A DNA stretch of 64,000 nucleotides, taken from assembly GCA_964619585.1 (NCBI GenBank), contig CAZUCO010000003.1, positions 11,304-75,303 of the forward strand, read 5' to 3'. The translations under genes and the position numbers were made by a program. The stretch comes from an uncultured Candidatus Saccharibacteria bacterium. GTDB taxonomy: Bacteria > Patescibacteriota > Saccharimonadia > Saccharimonadales > Saccharimonadaceae. Of this stretch, positions 8,613 through 16,705 are shown one piece after another. The notes below the pieces were generated by a model that ran no database searches, was not told where the DNA came from, and saw only the letters and a program-made list of their open reading frames with translations. Each line of letters starts with the position of its first letter. Within the stretch, counting starts at the first letter, position 1.

Positions 8613-9242
8613 TTAGCTACGCGAAAGCTCGATGATCGTCGTAGCCGCAGGAAGACTACTGGCTGACTTGATCTTGTATTTTGCCATTTGCTCCACTTCA
8701 CCACCAAACTCTTTCTTGAAGGTATCAAGAGTGTCTTGAGTTTCAGAATACTTAACCGCAGGATCAGCATAGTAAACAGGAACAACAGCTTTAGCCTCAA
8801 TTGCTCGAGCAAGATGGGCGGCTTCGGTTGGGTTCAGTGTTCCGCCTCCACCAACCGGTAATATAACCATATCTACCACCCCAAGCGCTTCGAGCTGCGC
8901 TTCAGTAAGCTCGGGTCGAATACTCCCCAGTAATGCTATTCGTACATCACCGACTGTAATACGATACATCGTCGCGGCTTTTGAATCTTTTGGAGCACCA
9001 TAAGCATCAGCGGGTACCGCCTTGATCGAGAAGTCTGCTACTTCATATTCACCAGGACCATCAATTTTTAGCATCGCTTCGTCAGATGTTATCATCATAT
9101 CTGGTGTTGTTGCTATCACAACTGATCCATCGACTTTAACATCTTTCAGTCCAACTTCTGAAAGCTTCGGGTTACTTACAAGTTTTGCCTTCTTTGTTGT
9201 TATAGCAACACTATTCTCGCCTTTATACTCAATATCAAACAT
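8613..9242 (-). CDS. MBL-fold hydrolase-like protein (degenerate, no HxHxDH seen)
   Basis: 209 aa. The C-terminal part, VDMVILPVGGGGTLNPTEAAHLARAIEAKAVVPVYY, resembles UPF0173/Lactamase_B-type proteins. I could not find the N-terminal metal motif. Confidence 0.35.
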   Translation of the reverse strand: MFDIEYKGENSVAITTKKAKLVSNPKLSEVGLKDVKVDGSVVIATTPDMMITSDEAMLKIDGPGEYEVADFSIKAVPADAYGAPKDSKAATMYRITVGDVRIALLGSIRPELTEAQLEALGVVDMVILPVGGGGTLNPTEAAHLARAIEAKAVVPVYYADPAVKYSETQDTLDTFKKEFGGEVEQMAKYKIKSASSLPAATTIIELSRS

Positions 9243-9277
9243 TCTCAGACTCCTCTGTCTCTTATACTAACTATTTA

Positions 9278-9868
9278 TTACTCACTCAATATGTTCTCTT
9301 CATCACGTAGAACAATATGCTTACTGCTCAAAAGCTCACTAATGAAGCGATCGTGGATACTCAAACGATAGTAAAACTCATCATATGGCATCACGCTGTA
9401 GTTGAGCTCACGACCCTCCTTCTTCTCAAGTGTTTTTATAAATGAGTTAAGCTTCGCTTTCGTGACCTTACCAACTAGCAATAGATCAACATCACCCGCA
9501 GAGTGAGCTACAAATACACCAGACAAGACCGCCAGCTTTACGCCACCCAGTTCATCAAGTTTGCCCTGCCAGTCAAGTGTTGAAGGTGTCGTATCTTTGT
9601 TTGACGCTTTCACCTTGTCGCCAAATATATCTCGGAGTGAGACATAGTGCTCATAGCGTTGATTCACTTCGTAGTACAGCTTATTCTCCGCGGTATCACT
9701 CTTGATGATTCCAACATTTAGCATATTAGATAGTTCGCGTCGTACAGAGTTAATCTGTTCATCGATCAGACGTGTAATCTCCCGCACATAGAAAGATTTC
9801 CCTGGATTATTAAGAAACAGGTGTAGTAACTTTACTCGTGTTTTTGAACCAAATAATGCGTCAATCAT
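9278..9868 (-). CDS. Winged-helix (ArsR-like) transcriptional regulator with a C-terminal domain of unknown function
   Basis: KTRVKLLHLFLNNPGKSFYVREITRLIDEQINSVRRELSNMLNVGII is a typical wHTH. Confidence 0.45.
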   Translation of the reverse strand: MIDALFGSKTRVKLLHLFLNNPGKSFYVREITRLIDEQINSVRRELSNMLNVGIIKSDTAENKLYYEVNQRYEHYVSLRDIFGDKVKASNKDTTPSTLDWQGKLDELGGVKLAVLSGVFVAHSAGDVDLLLVGKVTKAKLNSFIKTLEKKEGRELNYSVMPYDEFYYRLSIHDRFISELLSSKHIVLRDEENILSE

Positions 9869-9908
9869 TCCCTCTCCGAATACTATTTATATCATAGTAG
9901 CACAGATT

Positions 9909-10661
9909 TTACTCAGAGACGATACGTGATTCGATGTAACGGCTGACCTCAGATAGATCACACCATTGAATAAACGGATTTGGGCGAAACCATGTCATCT
10001 GTCGCTTCGCAAGTTGCCAATCTTGTGTTGTTGATTTATCAACTGCAGCTTCAAGGTCAACTTCTTTTCCAAGATAAGAATGCACGATTGGATATATATT
10101 TCCCGTCATTGCTGGTGCATCCCACCCGTACTTTTTGCCCAACTTAGTTGCTTCTTCAACAACACCATTTGAAAATAATTGTTCAACCCTCTCGTATATT
10201 CTCTGACGGAGTATTTCTCTGCGTACTGCAATGCCCGCTATGATCATTCGCTCGCGGGGGCCCTGCCTCCAGTCATCACCATGCTGCTTGTGATTAGTAA
10301 AATCGAAGTTAAAAATGACGCTGTCGATATAGAGCCCAGTTCCGCCTACAAGCATCGGGGTCTTACCCCGCGCACGGATCTCTCCAATCTTACGCTCTGC
10401 ATACAACTTAAAATCAGCTGCTGTAAATCGCTTCCCAGGAGAAACAAGATCAATTCCCCAATGTGGAACTTGTGCCTGCTCATCTGATGTTGGTTTAGCT
10501 GTGCCAATATCCATACCCTTATATACCGTCCGCGAGTCGGCACAAATGATTTCACCATCTAGCCTCTTTGCAAGTTCAATCGCCACAGATGTTTTGCCAC
10601 TTGCTGTTGGACCCACGATTACAATAAGTGGAGGTTCTGATCGTATTCCTGAGGTCGCCAT
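9909..10661 (-). CDS. miaA: tRNA dimethylallyltransferase (short form)
   Basis: IVIVGPTASGKTSVAIELAKRLDGEIICADSRTVYKGMDIGTAKPT is the MiaA P-loop and substrate motif. The annotated start overlaps the upstream gene by 43 nt. Confidence 0.8.
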   Translation of the reverse strand: MATSGIRSEPPLIVIVGPTASGKTSVAIELAKRLDGEIICADSRTVYKGMDIGTAKPTSDEQAQVPHWGIDLVSPGKRFTAADFKLYAERKIGEIRARGKTPMLVGGTGLYIDSVIFNFDFTNHKQHGDDWRQGPRERMIIAGIAVRREILRQRIYERVEQLFSNGVVEEATKLGKKYGWDAPAMTGNIYPIVHSYLGKEVDLEAAVDKSTTQDWQLAKRQMTWFRPNPFIQWCDLSEVSRYIESRIVSE

Positions 10662-10969
10662 CGTCGCTCTCCAAAATTATCTACTTTATAGTCAGTACAG
10701 GTGATACCGTCTTGTTCCAGCATTTGACGCTGCACTTCTTGCCCACCGTGATAGCCAATCGCTAGCCCGCCTTCTTTGTTGACAAGTCGATGCCATGGCA
10801 GACTGTCAGGTCCCTGATGGGCAACGCCGCCCACGATACGTGCAGCACGTGGCTGGCCTGCCATGGCTGCAAGGTCCCCATAGGTTGTTACTTTGTCCCC
10901 TGGGAGTTCACTCATGAGCTGGTAAATCTTTTCACGAAAGTTCTTACCAAGCTCTAATTCATCGTTCAT
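10619..10969 (-). CDS. Alkyltransferase-like protein (ATL; MGMT DNA-binding domain without the active-site Cys)
   Basis: VTTYGDLAAMAGQPRAARIVGGVAH...LPWHRLVN has the MGMT PCHR motif replaced by PWHR. Confidence 0.7.
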   Translation of the reverse strand: MNDELELGKNFREKIYQLMSELPGDKVTTYGDLAAMAGQPRAARIVGGVAHQGPDSLPWHRLVNKEGGLAIGYHGGQEVQRQMLEQDGITCTDYKVDNFGERRWRPQEYDQNLHLL

Positions 10970-10983
10970 GCTTCACTACCCCT

Positions 10984-11589
10984 TTATTGACCATAGAAGT
11001 ATCTTTCTACCGCAGACCAATCTGCAGCTCTTACGATATCTTTATCAAGCAACTCAGACTGGTTCCAGCTATAGTCACCAAATAGGATTGCTTTTTTGCC
11101 ACTAGCGGCTACCGCTTGGCAGTGCTTTAGCTGGTCATCTATCAAAAAATCTGCCCCGATATCAGCTAGGATGCCGGCCTTGGTCTGATGCACTGACTGA
11201 TGATCAATCGTATCCCAAATGCCTGCAAAATAAATTACTTCATCATTGAAGATACCTGGATAATGACGGCTAATCCATTCCAGCGTGTCTTGACGTACCT
11301 GTGTGCGCCGCGACGTCACGATACATAGGTCGTAATCTTGGCTTAAACGTTTTAGTACCGGCAAGGCTGTGTCGTTATGCCGATAACTTCCTATCACCCC
11401 AGACTCATGGAAGGTGTTGGCACGACGCTCAACTTCTGCATTATCAACCTCCCACACTTTTGCCCAATGTTCATCATAGTCTTCTGGCTGCAGGTTGGTA
11501 CCCCACATCTTATTACTAAACTCGACAAAGCCAGCTGCATTGTCCGCAAGAACATCATCAATATCGATTGCAATAGTTTGTCGTGCCAT
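10984..11589 (-). CDS. HAD-superfamily 5'(3')-deoxyribonucleotidase-like hydrolase
   Basis: IAIDIDDVLAD (DxDxV motif I), CIVTSR (motif II) and FLIDD (motif IV). Confidence 0.5.
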   Translation of the reverse strand: MARQTIAIDIDDVLADNAAGFVEFSNKMWGTNLQPEDYDEHWAKVWEVDNAEVERRANTFHESGVIGSYRHNDTALPVLKRLSQDYDLCIVTSRRTQVRQDTLEWISRHYPGIFNDEVIYFAGIWDTIDHQSVHQTKAGILADIGADFLIDDQLKHCQAVAASGKKAILFGDYSWNQSELLDKDIVRAADWSAVERYFYGQ

Positions 11590-11596
11590 AATTCTC

Positions 11597-13438
11597 CTAG
11601 CTCAGACCAACCAGATATCTCGCTAGGTCATCGAGTGCTACTTTTTCCTCGCCACTCTGTGTGCGAACACTCACTTCTCTGGCTTCTTTATCTTTTGGAC
11701 CGACAATGAGCTGAACTGGGATCTTCATAGCTGTTGCTTCTCGGATCTTTTTGCCCAGACTTTCGTTACGATCATCCGTTGTAAATCGTACTTCGTTATA
11801 TTTCACCGGCTTCATCAAGATTAGCTCTGATAATATCGATGTTATTTCTTCAACATACTCCATAACGGTGTCGTTGATCGTCAGAATGCGAAGCTGCTCT
11901 GGCGCCAGCCAGAATGGGAACCAGCCACCGGTATGTTCGATAAATACTGACAAAAATCGCTCAATTGAGCCAAGCAGTGCCGAGTGAACCATCACAGGAA
12001 TCTTCTTCTCACCATCCTCGCCAGTATACTCAAGCCCGAAACGTTCAGGCTGCACGAAGTCGATCTGGACCGTGGCAACCTGATGCTCACGGCCAATTGC
12101 ATCTGTTGCCATGAAATCAATCTTCGGGCCATAGAATGCAGCCTCACCTTCTTCTTCAAAATACTCGAGTCCGTTCTTCACTACCGCATCTTTCAGCTGA
12201 GTCTGCGCGGACTGCCATAAATCAAGCTCGCCAAGATATGCATCTGAATCGTCACGATAACTTAGTCGCACACGGAGCTTCATATCAAGCAAATTATAGA
12301 GCTCGCCTGCAGCGGCCAAGAGTCCGTCAACCTCATCAGCAATCTGATCTGGTCTACAGAAGACATGACTATCGTCTTGAGTCAAAGATCGCACACGATT
12401 AAGCCCGCCAAGCTCGCCGGTTTTTTCATCACGATAATCGGTTGTGGTCTCGAGAAAACGAACCGGCATATCACGGTAGCTACGAGGCTTGCTAGCAAAA
12501 ATCTGTGTATGATGCGGGCAGTTCATCGGCTTTAAGGCCATTTCATCGCTCGTTTCCTGACTCGTCACCAAAAACAGTTCATCACCAAACTTTGCCCAAT
12601 GACCCGAAGTTTCATATAAATCCTTCTTAGTGATATGCGGTGTCCACACTGCCTCAAAGCCACGCGCTTTGCGTAGCTGATTTGAAAGTGCTGCTACTTT
12701 TTCGCGCAGCACTGTGCCACGAGGGGTAAACATCGGCAGCCCTACACCTACTAATGGTGAAGTTGTGTATAGATCAAGCTCTTGACCCAACTTTCGGTGA
12801 TCACGCTTCTTTGCCTCTTCAAGCATTGCGAGGTGTTCATCGAGCTCTTCTTGGGTTGCAAATGCTACACCATATAGTCGCTGCATTTGAGGATTCTTCT
12901 CATTGCCGCGCCAGTATGCACCAGCAACCCGCATCAGCTTGAAAGCCCCAACCTTCCCAGTCGACTCTGCGTGCGGACCACGACAAAGATCGGTGAAATC
13001 TCCATCAGTATAAAATGACACGTCGACCATACTCTTTACTGGGTCATGTGCAGCGCCACTAATACCCGCCGGAAGCTCCATACCCATAACGGCCGCGTCT
13101 AGTTCGCTTGCGAGAGTCGTCCCTTCACGCTTAAGGTCATTGAGAAGTTCTACCTTATACAGCTGCCCTGCACCCTTCGCCCACTCGAGCGCATCATCAA
13201 TCGGTTTCTCGCTACGCTCAAATGCATAGTCGGCGGCGATAATCTTACGCATTTCTTTTTCAATCTTTTTGAAATCAGCTTCAGAGATCTTCGTCTCGCC
13301 GAGATCAATGTCATAGTAGAAACCATTTTCGACTACAGGACCAACACCAAACTTCGCCTCGGGCCAGAGATGCTGCACCGCCTGTGCGGTAATATGTGCC
13401 AAGCTATGTCGCATTGCATATAATTGCTCTTCGTTCAT
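11597..13438 (-). CDS. thrS: Threonine--tRNA ligase (no N-terminal TGS domain)
   Basis: 613 aa. It begins at the editing/SAD domain (MRHSLAHITAQAV), has a class II core (MNCPHHTQIF, RVRSLTQDDSHVF, GSIERF) and a C-terminal anticodon-binding domain. Confidence 0.9.
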   Translation of the reverse strand: MNEEQLYAMRHSLAHITAQAVQHLWPEAKFGVGPVVENGFYYDIDLGETKISEADFKKIEKEMRKIIAADYAFERSEKPIDDALEWAKGAGQLYKVELLNDLKREGTTLASELDAAVMGMELPAGISGAAHDPVKSMVDVSFYTDGDFTDLCRGPHAESTGKVGAFKLMRVAGAYWRGNEKNPQMQRLYGVAFATQEELDEHLAMLEEAKKRDHRKLGQELDLYTTSPLVGVGLPMFTPRGTVLREKVAALSNQLRKARGFEAVWTPHITKKDLYETSGHWAKFGDELFLVTSQETSDEMALKPMNCPHHTQIFASKPRSYRDMPVRFLETTTDYRDEKTGELGGLNRVRSLTQDDSHVFCRPDQIADEVDGLLAAAGELYNLLDMKLRVRLSYRDDSDAYLGELDLWQSAQTQLKDAVVKNGLEYFEEEGEAAFYGPKIDFMATDAIGREHQVATVQIDFVQPERFGLEYTGEDGEKKIPVMVHSALLGSIERFLSVFIEHTGGWFPFWLAPEQLRILTINDTVMEYVEEITSILSELILMKPVKYNEVRFTTDDRNESLGKKIREATAMKIPVQLIVGPKDKEAREVSVRTQSGEEKVALDDLARYLVGLS

Positions 13439-13441
13439 ATG

Positions 13442-13607
13442 AACCTCCTTTTAAATATAAAAAGCACGCATATCGTATTAGAACGTGCGTGCCTCGGGCC
13501 TCTAAACAGGCGGTTCCACCTTGGCTATTCTCTTACCGCATTCATTTATCGTCTGTCTGCGATCGCTCCGGACGTGCTCAGCGGATGGTTAGGCCGCGTC
13601 GTTGCTT
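13442..13607 (-). promoter_or_regulatory. T-box-like transcription attenuator (Thr) in the thrS leader
   Basis: Minus strand features, in order. Promoter: TTGCAA (13637-13642), 17 nt, TACTAT (13614-13619). Hairpin GCGG-CCUAACCAU-CCGC presents ACC-A (13587-13589). T-box sequence AAGGUGGAACCGCC (13509-13520 core). Antiterminator fold: GCCAAGG / 7-nt bulge UGGAACC / GCCU-GUUUAG-AGGC / CCGAGGC. Competing terminator GCACGCA...UGCGUGC-UUUUU (13457-13495). The SD AAGGAGG and the ATG follow. Confidence 0.6.
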
Positions 13608-13678
13608 ACCTATATAGTACAAAACCACCTCAGTTATTGCAACTACTGCCCCTGTTTGCTAGACTAAGATATGCATAC

Positions 13679-13755
13679 GGGCGATTAGCTCATTTGGCTA
13701 GAGCGCTTCATTGACGTTGAAGAGGTGAGAGGTTCGAATCCTCTATTGCCCACCA
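13679..13755 (+). tRNA. tRNA-Val (GAC), CCA encoded
   Basis: GGGCGAT-TA-GCTC-ATTTGGCTA-GAGC-G-CTTCA-TTGACGT-TGAAG-AGGTG-AGAGG-TTCGAAT-CCTCT-ATTGCCC-A-CCA. Confidence 0.9.
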
Positions 13756-13774
13756 GTATTGCTTATCAGATAGG

Positions 13775-13802
13775 GACACTCTGCACTGCAGGGTGTCTTT
13801 TT
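13775..13802 (+). terminator. Intrinsic terminator after tRNA-Val
   Basis: GACACTCTG-cactg-CAGGGTGTC followed by TTTTT. Confidence 0.6.
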
Positions 13803-13996
13803 ATATGTCATTTCTGTAAATATAGGAAACCGTATTTAGACTGCATCGTCAGCAAGTCTTTTAGGATGCATGGAGCCCGTCCAACAGGGGTAAGTATCAC
13901 TTTTCCCACACGCCTTGCCTACTTTTCCACTTGTGTTTTTAGTCTTTATTCACGTGAATATTCATCTGATGATATATCTCTCAGCAGCATGTTCCA

Positions 13997-14025
13997 TTGA
14001 CAATTTATAACACTTATGCTAATAT
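13997..14025 (+). promoter_or_regulatory. Near-consensus sigma-70-type promoter
   Basis: TTGACA (13997-14002), exactly 17 nt, TAATAT (14020-14025). The ATG of the small ORF begins 7 nt after the -10 element. Confidence 0.6.
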
Positions 14026-14031
14026 GTAACT

Positions 14032-14166
14032 ATGTCCACAGAAGGAACAAACCACCACAAACAATCGAAGCTTTCTCAATTTAAGCTCGATTTCGAATAC
14101 AACCGTACCCTGCGCGACGAACGAAAGATTACTCGTCAACGCCGCGATGATGGTGCACGTAGTTAA
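14032..14166 (+). CDS. Small basic protein, 44 aa, probably on a leaderless mRNA
   Basis: Hand translation: MSTEGTNHHKQSKLSQFKLDFEYNRTLRDERKITRQRRDDGARS*. It is below the ORF-track size cut-off. The consensus promoter lies directly upstream, and the hairpin AAAGAGATA...TATCTCTTT (about 14208-14252) lies downstream. Confidence 0.45.
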   Translation: MSTEGTNHHKQSKLSQFKLDFEYNRTLRDERKITRQRRDDGARS

Positions 14167-14293
14167 CATATTTCCGAATTCGCCTACGAACCTTCTCCCT
14201 TAGATCAAGAAAAAAGAGATAAGGCTTAACCTAAGGCCCTATCTCTTTTTAGTTGCACAAACACGGCCTCCACCGACGAAAAAACGAGTATTT

Positions 14294-15958
14294 CTATTTT
14301 TTGCGGAGAGCTAGGCGTCGCTTCTTCTTTTCTTTGAGCGCAACTGCAGTTGCCTTGTCTGTCACATCAAACACATTGAGGTATTTCCCAAGGAGGAGTC
14401 TCGTCTGCGAGGTATAAGCTGATGCAGAACTATATACAAGTGCAGTCACCGGCATCAGGACCCACTGGAGAAGCATACCAATCGTTCGTCGGCGTTTATA
14501 GCGAGCAGGTCGTGGTGGCAACATCTTGAATGTCAAGAAAACAGTAATGACGAGTCCAATCATAGCAAACCGCTGCATTACCCCCATTACCTCTGGGAGT
14601 TGGCTAGCGGCAACACTACGACTTGCTTCAAAGTTGATTAACTGCGGAATCCAACCACCGAAGGTAATGAGTATCGGTATGCAAGCCAACGTAACATGCC
14701 CATCAAGTAAACGTACGAATCTCGCGAAGCCAGCAAAGAACGGTATATTACGCCGGCGCGAAAATACATGAGAGCCAACATATGCCACGTCAGACGCACC
14801 ATACGCCCAACGCCGTAGCTGCACGAACTGAGCCTTAAGTGTCTTCTTGTACGTATCAGAAAGGACAGCATCCTGGTATATCGGCACAAAGATTGGCATC
14901 ACTTCATAATTACCGCCAAAGTAAAACCAGCTTCTCCAGTACTGATGGCCATCCTCGACGATTGTCCGGGTGCTCCAGAAGTTCATCTCGACAAGCGCAT
15001 CCATCGGCTGAGAATGAGAGGCGAAGTTCCTCAAGGTGTGAGGCCGCATCGCACTAATGATATTCCAAAAAGAGTTACCGGTTGCAATGACACGCATAGG
15101 AGCTGGCACATCCCAGATGTTATTGAGAAACAGCGATACTGGCTGGTACGATAAATGCTTTCGGTTGTCATGAACAATATACTCATAGGTAACGTAATCA
15201 AAGTACGTTGCATGTGGCCGATTGTCGCTATCAAGCGTCGTCACAATAACATCTTTATACTGGATCTTGTTCTTATCGAGCCATCCTTGAAGGTATTTAC
15301 CAGCATAGGTGATGTTACCGCCCTTACCTACTACCTCGTTTGGAATATTCTTGGGGTGTTGAACAATCTCAAACGCAAAGAATGTTGACCCGAATTCTTT
15401 TTTGAGTTTCTTTGCGTTCTCTGCCGTGGCTGGACCCCCTCGCTCCTCATACGCAAGCACCACAATAAGATGCTTATTGTCATAGGTTGTCTTCTTTATT
15501 GTTTCTATCGTATCGTGAAGAATCTCATATGCCTCATTGTACGTTGCAATGATAACTGCATTGAATACCTCTGATGGTTTTGGGTAAGGATCAACAGAAG
15601 CCGTCATCAGTCGCAGGTTCTCACCATGACGACGGTACCAAGCATCACGAGGACGCGTCTTACTATAGTGAGTATACACTTCCTCAGGATTCTCAAGTTC
15701 TGCGAGCATGCTGCTCCATGCGACCTTCCCCGCCTCCACTACCTTTTTGCGACCCTTGATAGTATGAAAGGCGATGCCGCCCGCCTTAACGAGCACTGTA
15801 GTTGCAACGAGTAGTAAGTATACTGCCGCCCAAAGAGGATCGATAAGCGACAGTACAACGATCAAGATTACTGCTCCGTAACTGATCAATGCCGGCAGCA
15901 TTTCAAGAAAGCGATATTGTCGCGTTCGTTTTCCCAGTGGTATCTCTATATCAATCAT
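14294..15958 (-). CDS. Processive family-2 glycosyltransferase (cellulose/chitin-synthase-like), membrane-embedded
   Basis: N-terminal TM helices. VIIATYNE, TLDSDN (DxD), VEDGHQ (the TED-like motif) and QLRRWAYG (QxxRW), followed by C-terminal TM helices. Confidence 0.75.
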   Translation of the reverse strand: MIDIEIPLGKRTRQYRFLEMLPALISYGAVILIVVLSLIDPLWAAVYLLLVATTVLVKAGGIAFHTIKGRKKVVEAGKVAWSSMLAELENPEEVYTHYSKTRPRDAWYRRHGENLRLMTASVDPYPKPSEVFNAVIIATYNEAYEILHDTIETIKKTTYDNKHLIVVLAYEERGGPATAENAKKLKKEFGSTFFAFEIVQHPKNIPNEVVGKGGNITYAGKYLQGWLDKNKIQYKDVIVTTLDSDNRPHATYFDYVTYEYIVHDNRKHLSYQPVSLFLNNIWDVPAPMRVIATGNSFWNIISAMRPHTLRNFASHSQPMDALVEMNFWSTRTIVEDGHQYWRSWFYFGGNYEVMPIFVPIYQDAVLSDTYKKTLKAQFVQLRRWAYGASDVAYVGSHVFSRRRNIPFFAGFARFVRLLDGHVTLACIPILITFGGWIPQLINFEASRSVAASQLPEVMGVMQRFAMIGLVITVFLTFKMLPPRPARYKRRRTIGMLLQWVLMPVTALVYSSASAYTSQTRLLLGKYLNVFDVTDKATAVALKEKKKRRLALRKK

Positions 15959-15966
15959 TGATATAC

Positions 15967-16344
15967 CTACGAAAGAAATGCTATATCAAAAATCGAATGG
16001 GTAATCATGAAAATAATGGCAAACATCAGAAATGTGAAATAACATAATGCCACCGCTAGTGAGCGCATGTTACGATCAAGCAACTTGGCCGTAGCACCAA
16101 TGTGAACTACCGCCATCACTGCCGCAAGCCCAATTAACAAGTAGAGCTGATACCACTTACTGCGATAAAATTGCACGTCACCAAATGATGTGTATCGTGT
16201 TGCTATCTGCACCTCAGTAGGAGTCACCGATAAGGCAACATAAATTGCGTAGGCAATAAAGACTACGATAATACCGATCGACAATGTCAGAAGTAACTTA
16301 TCTGATACAAGTGATCTTAAAACGTTGAGTGTACGTACTTTCAT
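15967..16344 (-). CDS. Small four-TM membrane protein, co-oriented upstream of the GT2 synthase
   Basis: 125 aa with four hydrophobic segments. An 8-nt gap separates it from the GT2 gene. Confidence 0.4.
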   Translation of the reverse strand: MKVRTLNVLRSLVSDKLLLTLSIGIIVVFIAYAIYVALSVTPTEVQIATRYTSFGDVQFYRSKWYQLYLLIGLAAVMAVVHIGATAKLLDRNMRSLAVALCYFTFLMFAIIFMITHSIFDIAFLS

Positions 16345-16354
16345 ATAATTTATT

Positions 16355-16430
16355 TGGAGCCGCTGACCGGGTTTGAACCGGTGACCTACGCTTTACGAAA
16401 GCGCCGCTCTACCAGCTGAGCTACAGCGGC
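16355..16430 (-). tRNA. tRNA-Thr (CGU), discriminator U73, CCA encoded
   Basis: GCCGCTG-TA-GCTC-AGCTGGTA-GAGC-G-GCGCT-TTCGTAA-AGCGT-AGGTC-ACCGG-TTCAAAC-CCGGT-CAGCGGC-T-CCA. Confidence 0.9.
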
Positions 16431-16554
16431 ATCACATCCCTAAGGTAGATCACTCAATATTATAGCAGTATGAGAAGTGAATGAAAATGACCCCACGTAT
16501 GCGGTTGCGCCAGGGGCGAATTTTTGCTATCATACCTTGAGTTGTGATCATTGT

Positions 16555-16632
16555 GCGCTCGTAGTGAAGTTGGCCTATCACGCCTCCCTGTCACGGAGGA
16601 GATCGCCGGTTCGAATCCGGTCGGGCGCGCCA
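16555..16632 (+). tRNA. tRNA-Asp (GUC), CCA encoded
   Basis: GCGCTCG-TA-GTGA-AGTTGGCCTA-TCAC-G-CCTCC-CTGTCAC-GGAGG-AGATC-GCCGG-TTCGAAT-CCGGT-CGGGCGC-G-CCA. Confidence 0.85.
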
Positions 16633-16650
16633 CGAAATAATCACATCAAA

Positions 16651-16678
16651 ATAACTCCGTCTTGGCGGAGTTATTTTA
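16651..16678. terminator. Bidirectional terminator (tRNA-Asp / sodA)
   Basis: ATAACTCCG-tcttgg-CGGAGTTAT followed by TTTT and preceded by AAAA. Confidence 0.7.
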
Positions 16679-16705
16679 TATCTTTAGACTATTTAGAGTG
16701 AGAAA

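Noticed and set aside
13396-14000. ORFs 13396-13617, 13424-13714 and 13725-14000 (+).
   Set aside because: They overlap the thrS leader/T-box, tRNA-Val and its terminator. They have no SD and non-protein-like composition.
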